Virus record (IMG/VR): IMGVR_UViG_3300030330_006019 | Span: 41,256-105,255 of that record | Origin: a virus | Lineage: Duplodnaviria > Caudoviricetes | Direction: 5' to 3' (one strand) | DNA length: 64,000 bases | In this document: one piece after another, positions 30,463-39,533 of the stretch | Position numbering within the stretch: position 1 is the stretch's first letter | Layout: each line of letters begins with the position of its first letter | The notes under the pieces: model-generated | Told to the model about the DNA's origin: nothing | Database searches by the model: none | What the model saw: only the letters and a program-made list of their open reading frames with translations | Translations under genes and position numbers: made by a program

Positions 30463-31328
30463 ATAAATAATTTTTTACTAATATCATTTGCATATTCACC
30501 AATCTGTTCTTTTGTCATATCTTTTTCTGGTAAATACATCTTGTTTTGTTGTATATAATCTAATGTTACATGGTCATTTAACTTATAATACTTTCCATAG
30601 TATTCTGTGTCTTCACTATCAATTGATAAAATATTATGTGCCATTTCATTATGCATTTCATATAGGTGTAAACTTCCTGCATGGTGATAATATGAACCAA
30701 GTTCTAAATCTGGGTATACAGTTTTTAATTCATTATACATTAATTGTTGAAATAAACAAAATATGAAAATATCATTTGACATTCCAAAAATAATATCATT
30801 ACTTCTCATACTTACACCCATATGAAGTTTATTATTTCTTATAAAAAACTGCAAGTATTGTGTACATGGTATATCGTTTGGATTTTTTGTTTTATGATAT
30901 GGTTGTCCTATAACAAATGTTGCACGTCGACTATCTTTATCTTTTGTCAATTCATTTACAGACCAGTTCCATTGATTTCCAAAAACATAACAGCCATAAT
31001 TTGATTCTACATTATCTTCACCATCCTTTATGTTTAACCAAATTCTTGCAAATTTACCAATATTTGTTGCATTAGGATTTCTTGACAAATACCAAAGAAA
31101 TTCTGCTAACGTATATGTTTCATTAAATTTTCTACTTGGCCACCAAATACCTAAATCTGTCGGGTTGTCTATAACAAAACTTCTAAATAAAACTTCTTTT
31201 TGGTTTGTTCCACGACTTTGTACAGTGTTTGTTTGATTTACAATATTTTGTAATTCCCAGTAAAATGCTTCATGTAAATTTGTATATCTACCTGTTTCTA
31301 TTTTTGGTACTGACCAGTATTTTCTCAT
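30459..31328 (-). CDS. thymidylate-synthase-family enzyme, dCMP hydroxymethylase (T4 gp42)-like
   Basis: AEFLWY, SNYG, DSRRA, catalytic PCT, MRSNDIIFGMSND (Asp at the specificity position), GSLHLY. Confidence 0.8.
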   Translation of the reverse strand: MRKYWSVPKIETGRYTNLHEAFYWELQNIVNQTNTVQSRGTNQKEVLFRSFVIDNPTDLGIWWPSRKFNETYTLAEFLWYLSRNPNATNIGKFARIWLNIKDGEDNVESNYGCYVFGNQWNWSVNELTKDKDSRRATFVIGQPYHKTKNPNDIPCTQYLQFFIRNNKLHMGVSMRSNDIIFGMSNDIFIFCLFQQLMYNELKTVYPDLELGSYYHHAGSLHLYEMHNEMAHNILSIDSEDTEYYGKYYKLNDHVTLDYIQQNKMYLPEKDMTKEQIGEYANDISKKLFI

Positions 31329-31358
31329 AATGTGTAACCTGTTTTAATTTATTTAATC

Positions 31359-31392
31359 TAATATAACAAAAATTATTGGGATAAAAAAATAT
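31359..31392 (-). promoter_or_regulatory. class A promoter motif (TTTTT-W..TC/CCAA..GTTATATTA) heading the DNA-modification operon
   Basis: The same motif recurs at about 3661, 10029, 18886, 23814, 24144, 24595, 38053, 40536, 40948 and 44837, always just upstream of a gene. Confidence 0.75.
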
Positions 31393-32227
31393 TTTTAGAG
31401 ATTTTTTTGTCATCAATGTAATATTCTCTAAGTTCATTACAACGAATCAAAACCTTGCCTAAACTCATACCTAGATTCCATTGTGAATGTATACCTAATA
31501 AATCAAACTTTCTAAATGAATTTAATCTTAAATTATCCAATATTTGTATTGTATTATTTGAATCTATGACTTTATTTTCATCTATTGATTTTTCATGTAT
31601 TTTTCTCATTGCATAATATATAACATTTTCACCAGAATATATCTTTTTGTAATATGGTTTTCCAATACTATATACAACATCAAAAATTTGGTTCATTCCA
31701 CCAACTTCTGAATTTTTACAAATGTATTGATAGCCTTCAACAAATTCACTAACATCTGGTTTAATGTCTCTTAAATTGTGACACCACAATACCCTATCAT
31801 AATTTTCTAAATCATCTAAATTTTCTAATGTTGATTTTATATTTACATGTTTCAATAAAACATCTTTTAGAAATTGTAAACTCTCAAATGCTGACAAATC
31901 ATTTATAGATATATAATTTACCTCATGTGACAAATTATCAATATAGCTTTTTTCTACTACTGACTTTCCTCTTGTATGTATACACCATATATTTACAAAT
32001 GTATCATCAAATTTTGCTGAAAGCTTTCCACGATTATCAAAACAACACTTAAATGATTTAATTGAAAAATCTAACTTTAATTCTTTAAGAATATCAATAA
32101 CCGATACTGTTGTTGGTATATGCGTATAGTCTTCAATGATTTTTGAGTTATAATTATATAAATCTAAATCCTTAAATATATACGATGCAAAAAGTGCTGT
32201 TAAATTATTTCCAACTATACACTTCAT
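31373..32227 (-). CDS. degenerate FAD-dependent oxidoreductase / UDP-galactopyranose-mutase-like protein
   Basis: N-terminal CIVGNNLTAL (eroded GxGxxG), YDRVL, LLGIHSQW near the C-terminus. Confidence 0.5.
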   Translation of the reverse strand: MKCIVGNNLTALFASYIFKDLDLYNYNSKIIEDYTHIPTTVSVIDILKELKLDFSIKSFKCCFDNRGKLSAKFDDTFVNIWCIHTRGKSVVEKSYIDNLSHEVNYISINDLSAFESLQFLKDVLLKHVNIKSTLENLDDLENYDRVLWCHNLRDIKPDVSEFVEGYQYICKNSEVGGMNQIFDVVYSIGKPYYKKIYSGENVIYYAMRKIHEKSIDENKVIDSNNTIQILDNLRLNSFRKFDLLGIHSQWNLGMSLGKVLIRCNELREYYIDDKKISKNIFLSQ

Positions 32228-32229
32228 AA

Positions 32230-32424
32230 CTAATCTATGATTTTAACTGTAAAGGATTTTAGGCCTTTATATTTCATATCACTCATTGCATTACATAATA
32301 CGTACTGTACATTTCTTTCAATTGTATTATGTCCATCATTGTCCACTATGACCTCTTTCATAGCAGGGCCTGAATTTAATTTAACAGGTTGAGAAAATTT
32401 TATCTTTACACTTTTCATAAGCAA
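32230..32424 (-). CDS. hypothetical protein
   Basis: 64 aa coupled ORF. Confidence 0.6.
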   Translation of the reverse strand: MLMKSVKIKFSQPVKLNSGPAMKEVIVDNDGHNTIERNVQYVLCNAMSDMKYKGLKSFTVKIID

Positions 32425-33311
32425 CTAAAATACCTTTCACCTCTATCACAAAGGATTGTTATTGCATGTTTACAATCATTGTCTCTTAACCATTCAAATG
32501 CTGCCTTAACATTTGCACCTGCACTTATTCCTACAAACAGTCCAAACCTATGTGCTAAATGGCGTGCTACTTTTCTTGCACAATTTGTATGTACTGTTTT
32601 TATTTCAGTAATTTTTTGCAAATCAACTAGAAATTTACTACCATCTCCAATACCTTGTATTCCATGAAGTCCTGCTTCACCACCTGACATTACTGCTGAC
32701 TCTTCTGGTTCAACTGCTACTAAATTCATTCCTGGATAATGTTCTCTAAGATATTTTCCACAACCCATTATTGTTCCGCCTGTACCTGTTCCTGCTACAA
32801 ATGCTTGTGGCCAACCTATATTTTGATCAAGTTGTTGTCTAATTTGTTTTTCTATTTCTGGTCCAGTATTTTTATAGTGTGCTTCAATGTTCAAGGGGTT
32901 ATGAAATTGATTACAATTGAACCAACCCATCTTTTCACACATTTCATCTCTTACCCGTATTGCATTGTCAAAGTCACCTTCCTTAACTTCTATCAAATGA
33001 GCACCATAAAACTTCATCATTCGTTTTCTTTCTTCAGACATATTTGAAGGCATAATGATTGTCATTTGATAACCTCTCTCTGCTGCTAACATAGCAAAAG
33101 CAATTCCTGTATTTCCAGAAGTTGCTTCACAAAGTACATCACCTTTTCTTATTAGATTATTATTTTCTGCATGGTTCAGTATATGAGTTGCCATTCTGTC
33201 TTTAACAGAACCGCCAGGATTCATAAATTCACATTTACCCCAAACTGTATAACCACCCATTGTAATTGGTATCAATGGTGTATTTCCTACATAACTACTT
33301 AACATTTTCAT
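32415..33311 (-). CDS. cysK: cysteine synthase (PLP-dependent O-acetylserine sulfhydrylase)
   Basis: VGNTPL, NPGGSVKDR, EATSGNTG, GTGTGGT, IQGIG, GISAGAN, DRGERY. Confidence 0.93.
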   Translation of the reverse strand: MKMLSSYVGNTPLIPITMGGYTVWGKCEFMNPGGSVKDRMATHILNHAENNNLIRKGDVLCEATSGNTGIAFAMLAAERGYQMTIIMPSNMSEERKRMMKFYGAHLIEVKEGDFDNAIRVRDEMCEKMGWFNCNQFHNPLNIEAHYKNTGPEIEKQIRQQLDQNIGWPQAFVAGTGTGGTIMGCGKYLREHYPGMNLVAVEPEESAVMSGGEAGLHGIQGIGDGSKFLVDLQKITEIKTVHTNCARKVARHLAHRFGLFVGISAGANVKAAFEWLRDNDCKHAITILCDRGERYFSCL

Positions 33312-33520
33312 TAACTATCAATCCATATATCCATCTCTGCTGGTGTAGGATATCTTAATCTCAATCCACATTCATTGCATTCCCACATAGCTGAATTTTT
33401 TTGGTCCATTTTTATTTGTTTATTTTTGTGTTTACACTCATTCTGTAATTCAGATAATTCTAATTTTTTTGCTTTAATTTCATCTTGTAAAATTTTAGCT
33501 TTATGAGTTATTGTTTTCAT
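33311..33520 (-). CDS. small zinc-ribbon/coiled-coil protein
   Basis: CKH...CNECG. Confidence 0.65.
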   Translation of the reverse strand: MKTITHKAKILQDEIKAKKLELSELQNECKHKNKQIKMDQKNSAMWECNECGLRLRYPTPAEMDIWIDS

Positions 33521-33698
33521 ATGGGCAATGTCTACATCCGCTTTTACAACAGTAACCTCGGTTTAGATGGTAATCTTCTGTCATTACCATTTTTCCATTT
33601 TCCCAATAATAATCTTTGGTTGATGATTTATTAATTGTTTCCCTAATATATAACTCTTCTATCCAACCCCTAAGTAATTTCACAGCTGCCTCCTGCAC
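33501..33698 (-). CDS. DUF5522-like Cys-rich protein (start uncertain)
   Basis: YYWENGKMVMTEDYHLNRGYCCKSGCRHCPY. Confidence 0.75.
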   Translation of the reverse strand: MQEAAVKLLRGWIEELYIRETINKSSTKDYYWENGKMVMTEDYHLNRGYCCKSGCRHCPYENNNS

Positions 33699-35529
33699 AA
33701 GCTAGCTCGCCAGATAAATTAGTATTGTCCTCTAACTCTACAACATTAGATAAATCAACTTCAGTTAGTGATTTCATCATTTCATTGTATGTGTCTTCAT
33801 CTATATCTTCAAATGGAGCTTGTGTATATGTTCCACCATCATACGGTAAAACTGATAGCCCATTGTAATGTTTTCTATTTTCCCACATCCATTCGCCTGC
33901 CAAAGTCCAATCATCTTCTTTCAAACTAACAGTTGCAGAAACATTATGAGAATTTGAACCTTTTCTATGTCCTGATTTTACCCATTCAGTTGCAACTCTC
34001 TTAACTCTATCTAAAAGTTGAAAAGGTGATTCCGTTCTAAGTATAGAGCCTTCTGGAGCTTTTTGTGGTACCTGAATAACAGCTGTATCATGTGGTCTAA
34101 AATATTCATCTTCAACAAGTGCTGGGTGGTTTTCTTTTAGGTAATTATATATTGATTCATTTTTACCTACACGTATTCTTCTAATATAATAATTGTTATG
34201 CCATGCATGAATACCACTGCTTGTGCCAAGAACAAGGGATGTTGTTCCAGCCGGTTTTACAGTTGTTGTTCTAGCCGATTGATTTATTTCTATAAGTTTT
34301 GCAATTCTTGTGTTTTCCCTTTTTACAACACTTGCAGCTTTTTTCATATCATATCCAAGAACAGTGCCACTACCAATACCTGTCATAGATACTCCAATTA
34401 AAGCTTCCTTTTCTGTTGTTTCTTGCCAAACTGGTCTAAGATAATGAAAATCAGTATACCCTGCTTGGAGTGTACCTATAAATGCTGCTGCTTTAACTCT
34501 TTCATTTAAGTCATCTTGTGATTCTATATTACTTACATTTACTTCACATAAGTTACAAAATTGAAATGGCCTTAAAGCAATTTCACAACAAGGATTAGTT
34601 CCCCAATCTTTGTCATTGTTAAAGTAAATTCCAGGTTCACCTGCCCCGGATAATTCTACACGTTTCCAAAGATCCAAGAAAAATTCTTTTGTAATTTTAT
34701 GTCTCATTAAGCAAGCTGAGTTATTTGCTCTACCACGTTGTGGATTTAATTCCCACCATTGGCCTGATTTGCAAGCAATCATTTGGTCATCATCTGCACT
34801 AAACAAACTAATTAAAGCAGCTCTTCTAATACCACCAGCCAATACCGCATCTGCAATATGGCATACAATATCATGTGCTTCTAATGTTGTAAGCTTATCA
34901 CCAGATTCTTTCTGTTCTAAAATACCTTTTACCTTTAGTATACACTCTTTTAGTGGTTGAGGTCCAGGTGCCTTTCCACCAGATGTAACAAGCATTGCAC
35001 CTTTAGGTCTAATGTCAGAAAAGTCAAATTCTATTTTACTACCACCACCATTCATATAAGACTTCATTAATACCTTTATTGCATCGGCCCAGCCTTCAAT
35101 ACTATCACCGATTAAAAATCTTTTCTTTCTTTTTGGATATGGTCTTTGAATCATTGGCAATTTTTCTACATGGTGTTTTTGTACTGAATAACCTACACCA
35201 GTTCCACCTAACAACAAAAACATAGTTTCACTAAAAGCATCAATAGAATCTATAGGAAGATATGCACAATTATATATTCTATTAGGTGATATTTCAATTG
35301 GCTTACCACCAAATTGTAAACTACGCATAGATGGAAGTACTTTTTTATCATATACTAAATTATATTTTTCCTCTATTTCATCCTTCAGTTGTGGATATTT
35401 TTTAATATGCATGTTCTTATTACGTGTAACCAATTCTTTCCACGTTTCTCTTCTTCCAAGTTCTGGAATAAATTTTGCGTACTTCATATGTACGGTTATA
35501 TTCGATAAAATCTGATTAGATACTTCCAT
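33670..35529 (-). CDS. nrdJ: class II (adenosylcobalamin-dependent) ribonucleotide reductase
   Basis: YNCAY, GTGVG, RRAA, TNPCCEI, CNL, TTVKPAGT, C-terminal CAGGSC. Confidence 0.93.
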   Translation of the reverse strand: MEVSNQILSNITVHMKYAKFIPELGRRETWKELVTRNKNMHIKKYPQLKDEIEEKYNLVYDKKVLPSMRSLQFGGKPIEISPNRIYNCAYLPIDSIDAFSETMFLLLGGTGVGYSVQKHHVEKLPMIQRPYPKRKKRFLIGDSIEGWADAIKVLMKSYMNGGGSKIEFDFSDIRPKGAMLVTSGGKAPGPQPLKECILKVKGILEQKESGDKLTTLEAHDIVCHIADAVLAGGIRRAALISLFSADDDQMIACKSGQWWELNPQRGRANNSACLMRHKITKEFFLDLWKRVELSGAGEPGIYFNNDKDWGTNPCCEIALRPFQFCNLCEVNVSNIESQDDLNERVKAAAFIGTLQAGYTDFHYLRPVWQETTEKEALIGVSMTGIGSGTVLGYDMKKAASVVKRENTRIAKLIEINQSARTTTVKPAGTTSLVLGTSSGIHAWHNNYYIRRIRVGKNESIYNYLKENHPALVEDEYFRPHDTAVIQVPQKAPEGSILRTESPFQLLDRVKRVATEWVKSGHRKGSNSHNVSATVSLKEDDWTLAGEWMWENRKHYNGLSVLPYDGGTYTQAPFEDIDEDTYNEMMKSLTEVDLSNVVELEDNTNLSGELACAGGSCEIT

Positions 35530-35627
35530 TTCTTCTTTCCTCTTTAATTTATAAAACTAACATTACTGAAAAAAATAACCGGCTAATTGCCAGTCTGTAA
35601 TAAATATCAAAATATATTTATATAAAG

Positions 35628-36989
35628 TCAACTTTTGTTATCTTTATCAAGTTCTTTGTACTTATTTTTTAACATTTTTCTCAAGTATTCATTATGATTA
35701 TTCATGTCCTTTTGAGTCTCTTGTCCTTGCACAGAATTAGACTCATATATTTGCATTTGGCCGTTTGACATATTTGCTTTACTTGGAAAAGTAATTCCAT
35801 CTGGTCCAAACCTATTTTTTATAACATGCCATCTTCCTGTGCCTGCCAACTTATCCTCTATTTTTCTACTTAATGAAACAACAAAATCTGCTGTCATTAT
35901 TTTTGCATATGATTCTGCAATCTTTTCTGCTCCAATAACATCTTCTTCTAAAGCAGAACGATTTGCTTGAGATGCGGTCCAAACCGGAATTTCATGTTCA
36001 CCAGCCAATCCTCTAAGGTCTTCATAAATGTTGCCTAGCATATGTCGTACTTCACGGCCTCCACTTATGTCTCTTAATAAATCAGCATAGTCAACTATTA
36101 CTAAATCCGGCTTAAACCCTTGCACCCTACACTTTTCAATATGTGCACCAATTGTTGATACTGAAGCAGACTTTGTTGGGTATTGTTTTATTATCAAATC
36201 ACCTTTCATATTTCCAACTGTCTTTTTAACTTCTTCAATATTGTACTTCAAATCTTGTGCTGATATTCCAGTAAATACACTATCATATCTTAAACCTACA
36301 TATGCCTCATTTAATTCCAATGTATAGTGTATAACATTTAACCCAGCCTTTGCAGCATTTGCACCAACATTAACCAATGCCCATGACTTACCAATACCTG
36401 CAGGTGCAACAAATACTCCTAATTCACCTTTCCCTAAACCACCATCAGCTATATCATCTATAACATCCCAGCCAGTTGTTATTGTGTTTCTTACAGATTC
36501 TGAATATCTTTCATCAATTTCATCTTTATATTCATGACCTACATCCTTCTCTACACCAGCTTTCATAGCTGCATCAACGGTTGATTTTATTCCATCAAAA
36601 TCATTTAGTTTCAACAATTCAACGGATTCCATAATTGCAGACTTAATACATTGGTTTTTACAAAAATCAAGTGTTTGTTGTTTTACAAAATCCAAATCTG
36701 AAGATTCTAAATTTCTATATGCATCCTTTAATGTATCAACTACAGTTTGAGTTAGTAGTTCACTTTCTATTTCTGCAACCTTGACCTTCATTACTTCTAA
36801 TGTTGGTGGAGATTTATACTCATTAAAATAGTTTTGTATTTCCTTTATGATAAAAAAGTTTGCTTCATTTTCAAACATTTTAGGGTCAAGAATGTCATTG
36901 ATTTGTTGAAGGAAAGCCTTATCTGTAAACAGTGCGGCTATCAATTTTATTTGAAATAAATTTCCGTAATCTGCTAGTCTACTTGTCAT
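35628..36989 (-). CDS. replicative DNA helicase (T4 gp41/DnaB-like)
   Basis: APAGIGKS, TLEL, IVDYAD, TASQANR, KNRFG. Confidence 0.93.
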   Translation of the reverse strand: MTSRLADYGNLFQIKLIAALFTDKAFLQQINDILDPKMFENEANFFIIKEIQNYFNEYKSPPTLEVMKVKVAEIESELLTQTVVDTLKDAYRNLESSDLDFVKQQTLDFCKNQCIKSAIMESVELLKLNDFDGIKSTVDAAMKAGVEKDVGHEYKDEIDERYSESVRNTITTGWDVIDDIADGGLGKGELGVFVAPAGIGKSWALVNVGANAAKAGLNVIHYTLELNEAYVGLRYDSVFTGISAQDLKYNIEEVKKTVGNMKGDLIIKQYPTKSASVSTIGAHIEKCRVQGFKPDLVIVDYADLLRDISGGREVRHMLGNIYEDLRGLAGEHEIPVWTASQANRSALEEDVIGAEKIAESYAKIMTADFVVSLSRKIEDKLAGTGRWHVIKNRFGPDGITFPSKANMSNGQMQIYESNSVQGQETQKDMNNHNEYLRKMLKNKYKELDKDNKS

Positions 36990-38028
36990 ATGTCATTCCT
37001 GCATAAGAGTCTAATGGTAAAAATACTTGTTTTAACCATAAGTCTGGGTTTTTAATTGAGCCATTTATTTTATCTTCTAATACCATTTTTTGGAATTCAT
37101 ATTTAACCAATCTCTGTATTGGTGACCTAACTGTGTCCATTATTTTTGTCTTTGCTGAACCAGATATATCAACTTCATTTAGCTGCATTAATTTATAATT
37201 CATATCTAACAATTCCTTAGACTCGGATATTGTTTTTAGTATTTTATACTTTGAGTTTTTTTCTGTAAAGTCAATTATTTCATCAATAGTTATTGTTCTA
37301 TCTTCAGTTATTATAGGTATTCTATTTGCAATTGTTTTTCTGCCTGCACCTCGTATTCCAGGTATATTATCTGATGCATCTCCTTCAATTGTCCTATATA
37401 GTAAAAAGTTATGTGATGGTATACCATACTCTTCCATTATAGTTTCCTTAAAATAAAATTTCTTTTTTGTTGGCGACCATATATGAACCTTATCAGATAC
37501 AAGTTGAAGAAAATCCCTATCTGTTGACATAATAAATTTTTGACTATTCGGATATACTTGTTGAGAAATATACGCCATACTATCATCTGCTTCAATATTT
37601 TCTACACTTAAAACTGTAAGTGGTAATTGTTGCATGTATTGTGCACAACGCATTAATTGTTGTTTCATAGACAATGATTCATCTTCCAATGTATTGTGAT
37701 TACCATGTCTTGTTAGTCTTGACCTAACTCTACGATTTGCTTTATAATCTGGAAATATTTTTCTTCTTCTTTGGCTGCCACCTTTTCCATCAAAGCAAAC
37801 AATAACTCGAGTTGGTTTAATATTTTTAATTGCATAGCCAATAGACATTAATGTACCAGTTATTCCACCAACATGTATACCATCATCATTTGTTACTGGG
37901 TTTGCTGCAAAGGCTCTGATAAATGTGTTTAGTCCATCAACTATTAGTATCCTATCATTAGGATTTGAAGGGTTGTCTTTGTTTTCCTCCAATGTTTCTA
38001 GTATTGAAAAGTATCTGTTTTTTGACAT
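36979..38028 (-). CDS. 5'-3' exonuclease / RNase H (flap endonuclease)
   Basis: IVDGLN, FDG, YKANR, EADD, STDRDFLQ, GDASDNIPG. Confidence 0.93.
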   Translation of the reverse strand: MSKNRYFSILETLEENKDNPSNPNDRILIVDGLNTFIRAFAANPVTNDDGIHVGGITGTLMSIGYAIKNIKPTRVIVCFDGKGGSQRRRKIFPDYKANRRVRSRLTRHGNHNTLEDESLSMKQQLMRCAQYMQQLPLTVLSVENIEADDSMAYISQQVYPNSQKFIMSTDRDFLQLVSDKVHIWSPTKKKFYFKETIMEEYGIPSHNFLLYRTIEGDASDNIPGIRGAGRKTIANRIPIITEDRTITIDEIIDFTEKNSKYKILKTISESKELLDMNYKLMQLNEVDISGSAKTKIMDTVRSPIQRLVKYEFQKMVLEDKINGSIKNPDLWLKQVFLPLDSYAGMTYDK

Positions 38029-38092
38029 ATGCTATTATCTTTTATTTATTATAATATAACTAAAATATTTGGGATAAAAAAATATTTTTGGT

Positions 38093-38385
38093 AAAAAAAG
38101 CCCCTTCATTGTGAAACAAATCCAGGGCTTCCAAGCTGATATAGTATATGTTTATAGTATCTCCAACAGTGACGATTAGAGAACAATTGGTATCAGCCAC
38201 ATATACCTTAATCATTAATTTTCTTTGGGGTCACTTGGCCAAAGATAAATCACTTGTTAACAACATTGGTCGGTTAAATAAATCATTCTATAAGTGCGGA
38301 TTTTTAACCTTAACATCCTACGCCACGAGAAGGCTGTTGTTGTGTAGGACGAAGTAAAAGGTGGGGTTAACCACCAATTACTTAT
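38093..38385 (-). ncRNA. candidate structured non-coding RNA
   Basis: Largest intergenic gap in a densely packed genome; contains many stems, pseudoknots and a terminal hairpin with a U-tract (see findings). Confidence 0.6.
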
Positions 38386-38395
38386 TCATAACCTA

Positions 38396-39523
38396 TTATC
38401 CTTCTGGTACTGGTTCACTGCTGATTTCAACATCATCAATTCCAAAATTATCAATCTTGTAATTCATAATAATTGTATCTGCAATTTTATCATAAATCTC
38501 TGTTCTTAGTTCTTCATTGTTTTCCAATAATGAATTCCAATCTTTTGACATAAATTTATGGTCCTTTCCAGTTGCGTCTGTATATGTGTACCAACTACCA
38601 CCTTGTTTTACAAGTTTGTAATCTTTTAGAACATGTAACCATCCACCAAAATCATCAATGCCACTTTCAAAATAAATTTCAAATTGTGACTTTCTTAATG
38701 GTGGTCCCATTCTATTTTTTACAACTTGTGCAACAGTTTTAATACCCATAACTTGTTCTTGACCATCAACTCTTGCTTTGATTTGTCCCATTGGTTTAAG
38801 CCTTAGTCTACAACTGGAATGGAAAGCTACTGCCTTACCTCCAGATGTAGTCCAAGGATCACCAAACATAACCCCCATCTTTTGTCTAAGTTGGTTTGTA
38901 AATACAAGACAAATTCTCTGTCTTCCTATCATTTGAGTAATCTTACGCATAGCCTTTGATAAAATAATTGCTTTACTGGTTGCCCAGCCATCCTTTCCAT
39001 AATCAGCTTCACTTTCAACTTTGGTTGTTGAACCAGCCAATGAATCTACAACTATAGTAACAAGCCTATCCTTATCACTTTCTCTAACTTTAGTTATGAT
39101 GTTTTCCATAACCTCAAAAATTTCCTCAACAGTTTCCAATTGAATATATAACATGTTTCCAACGTCGATTCCAATTGCCGTAGCAAATTCCTCATTCATT
39201 GCATTTTCTGTATCAATGTAAACTGCAAGTCCACCTTGTTTTTGTGTATTTGCAAGTAGGTGAGCAGCCATAAGACTTTTTCCACTACCTTCAAGACCAG
39301 TTATTTCAGTAATTCTACCAACTGGTATTCCACCATTTTTTCTGTTAGAGATTGCAAGGTCTAGCATAGATGACCCAGTACTAATCCACTCTGTCAAGTC
39401 AGTTGGTGTTTCTTCAGTACCGTCAAGAAAGTAAGCAACTTTATAGTCCTTAAATTTCTTATTAAGACTATCTGCTAACAAATTTGCTAAATCATCTCTC
39501 TTTGTAGTTACTTTCTTTGCCAT
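38396..39523 (-). CDS. recA: RecA/UvsX recombinase
   Basis: ISTGS..LD, GRITEI.GLEGSGKS, IDTE, VVDS, NQLR, TTSGG.A..F, KNRMGPP. Confidence 0.95.
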   Translation of the reverse strand: MAKKVTTKRDDLANLLADSLNKKFKDYKVAYFLDGTEETPTDLTEWISTGSSMLDLAISNRKNGGIPVGRITEITGLEGSGKSLMAAHLLANTQKQGGLAVYIDTENAMNEEFATAIGIDVGNMLYIQLETVEEIFEVMENIITKVRESDKDRLVTIVVDSLAGSTTKVESEADYGKDGWATSKAIILSKAMRKITQMIGRQRICLVFTNQLRQKMGVMFGDPWTTSGGKAVAFHSSCRLRLKPMGQIKARVDGQEQVMGIKTVAQVVKNRMGPPLRKSQFEIYFESGIDDFGGWLHVLKDYKLVKQGGSWYTYTDATGKDHKFMSKDWNSLLENNEELRTEIYDKIADTIIMNYKIDNFGIDDVEISSEPVPEG

Positions 39524-39533
39524 ATACTATCTC

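Noticed and set aside
30459-31328. Annotation as ordinary thyA
   Set aside because: The specificity residue is Asp rather than Asn, and the neighbours are DNA-modification genes.
38093-38385. tmRNA, RNase P, cobalamin riboswitch or hammerhead assignment
   Set aside because: No tRNA-like ends or T-loop, no GAGGAAAGTCC, no B12 box and no CTGANGA/GAAA core were found.
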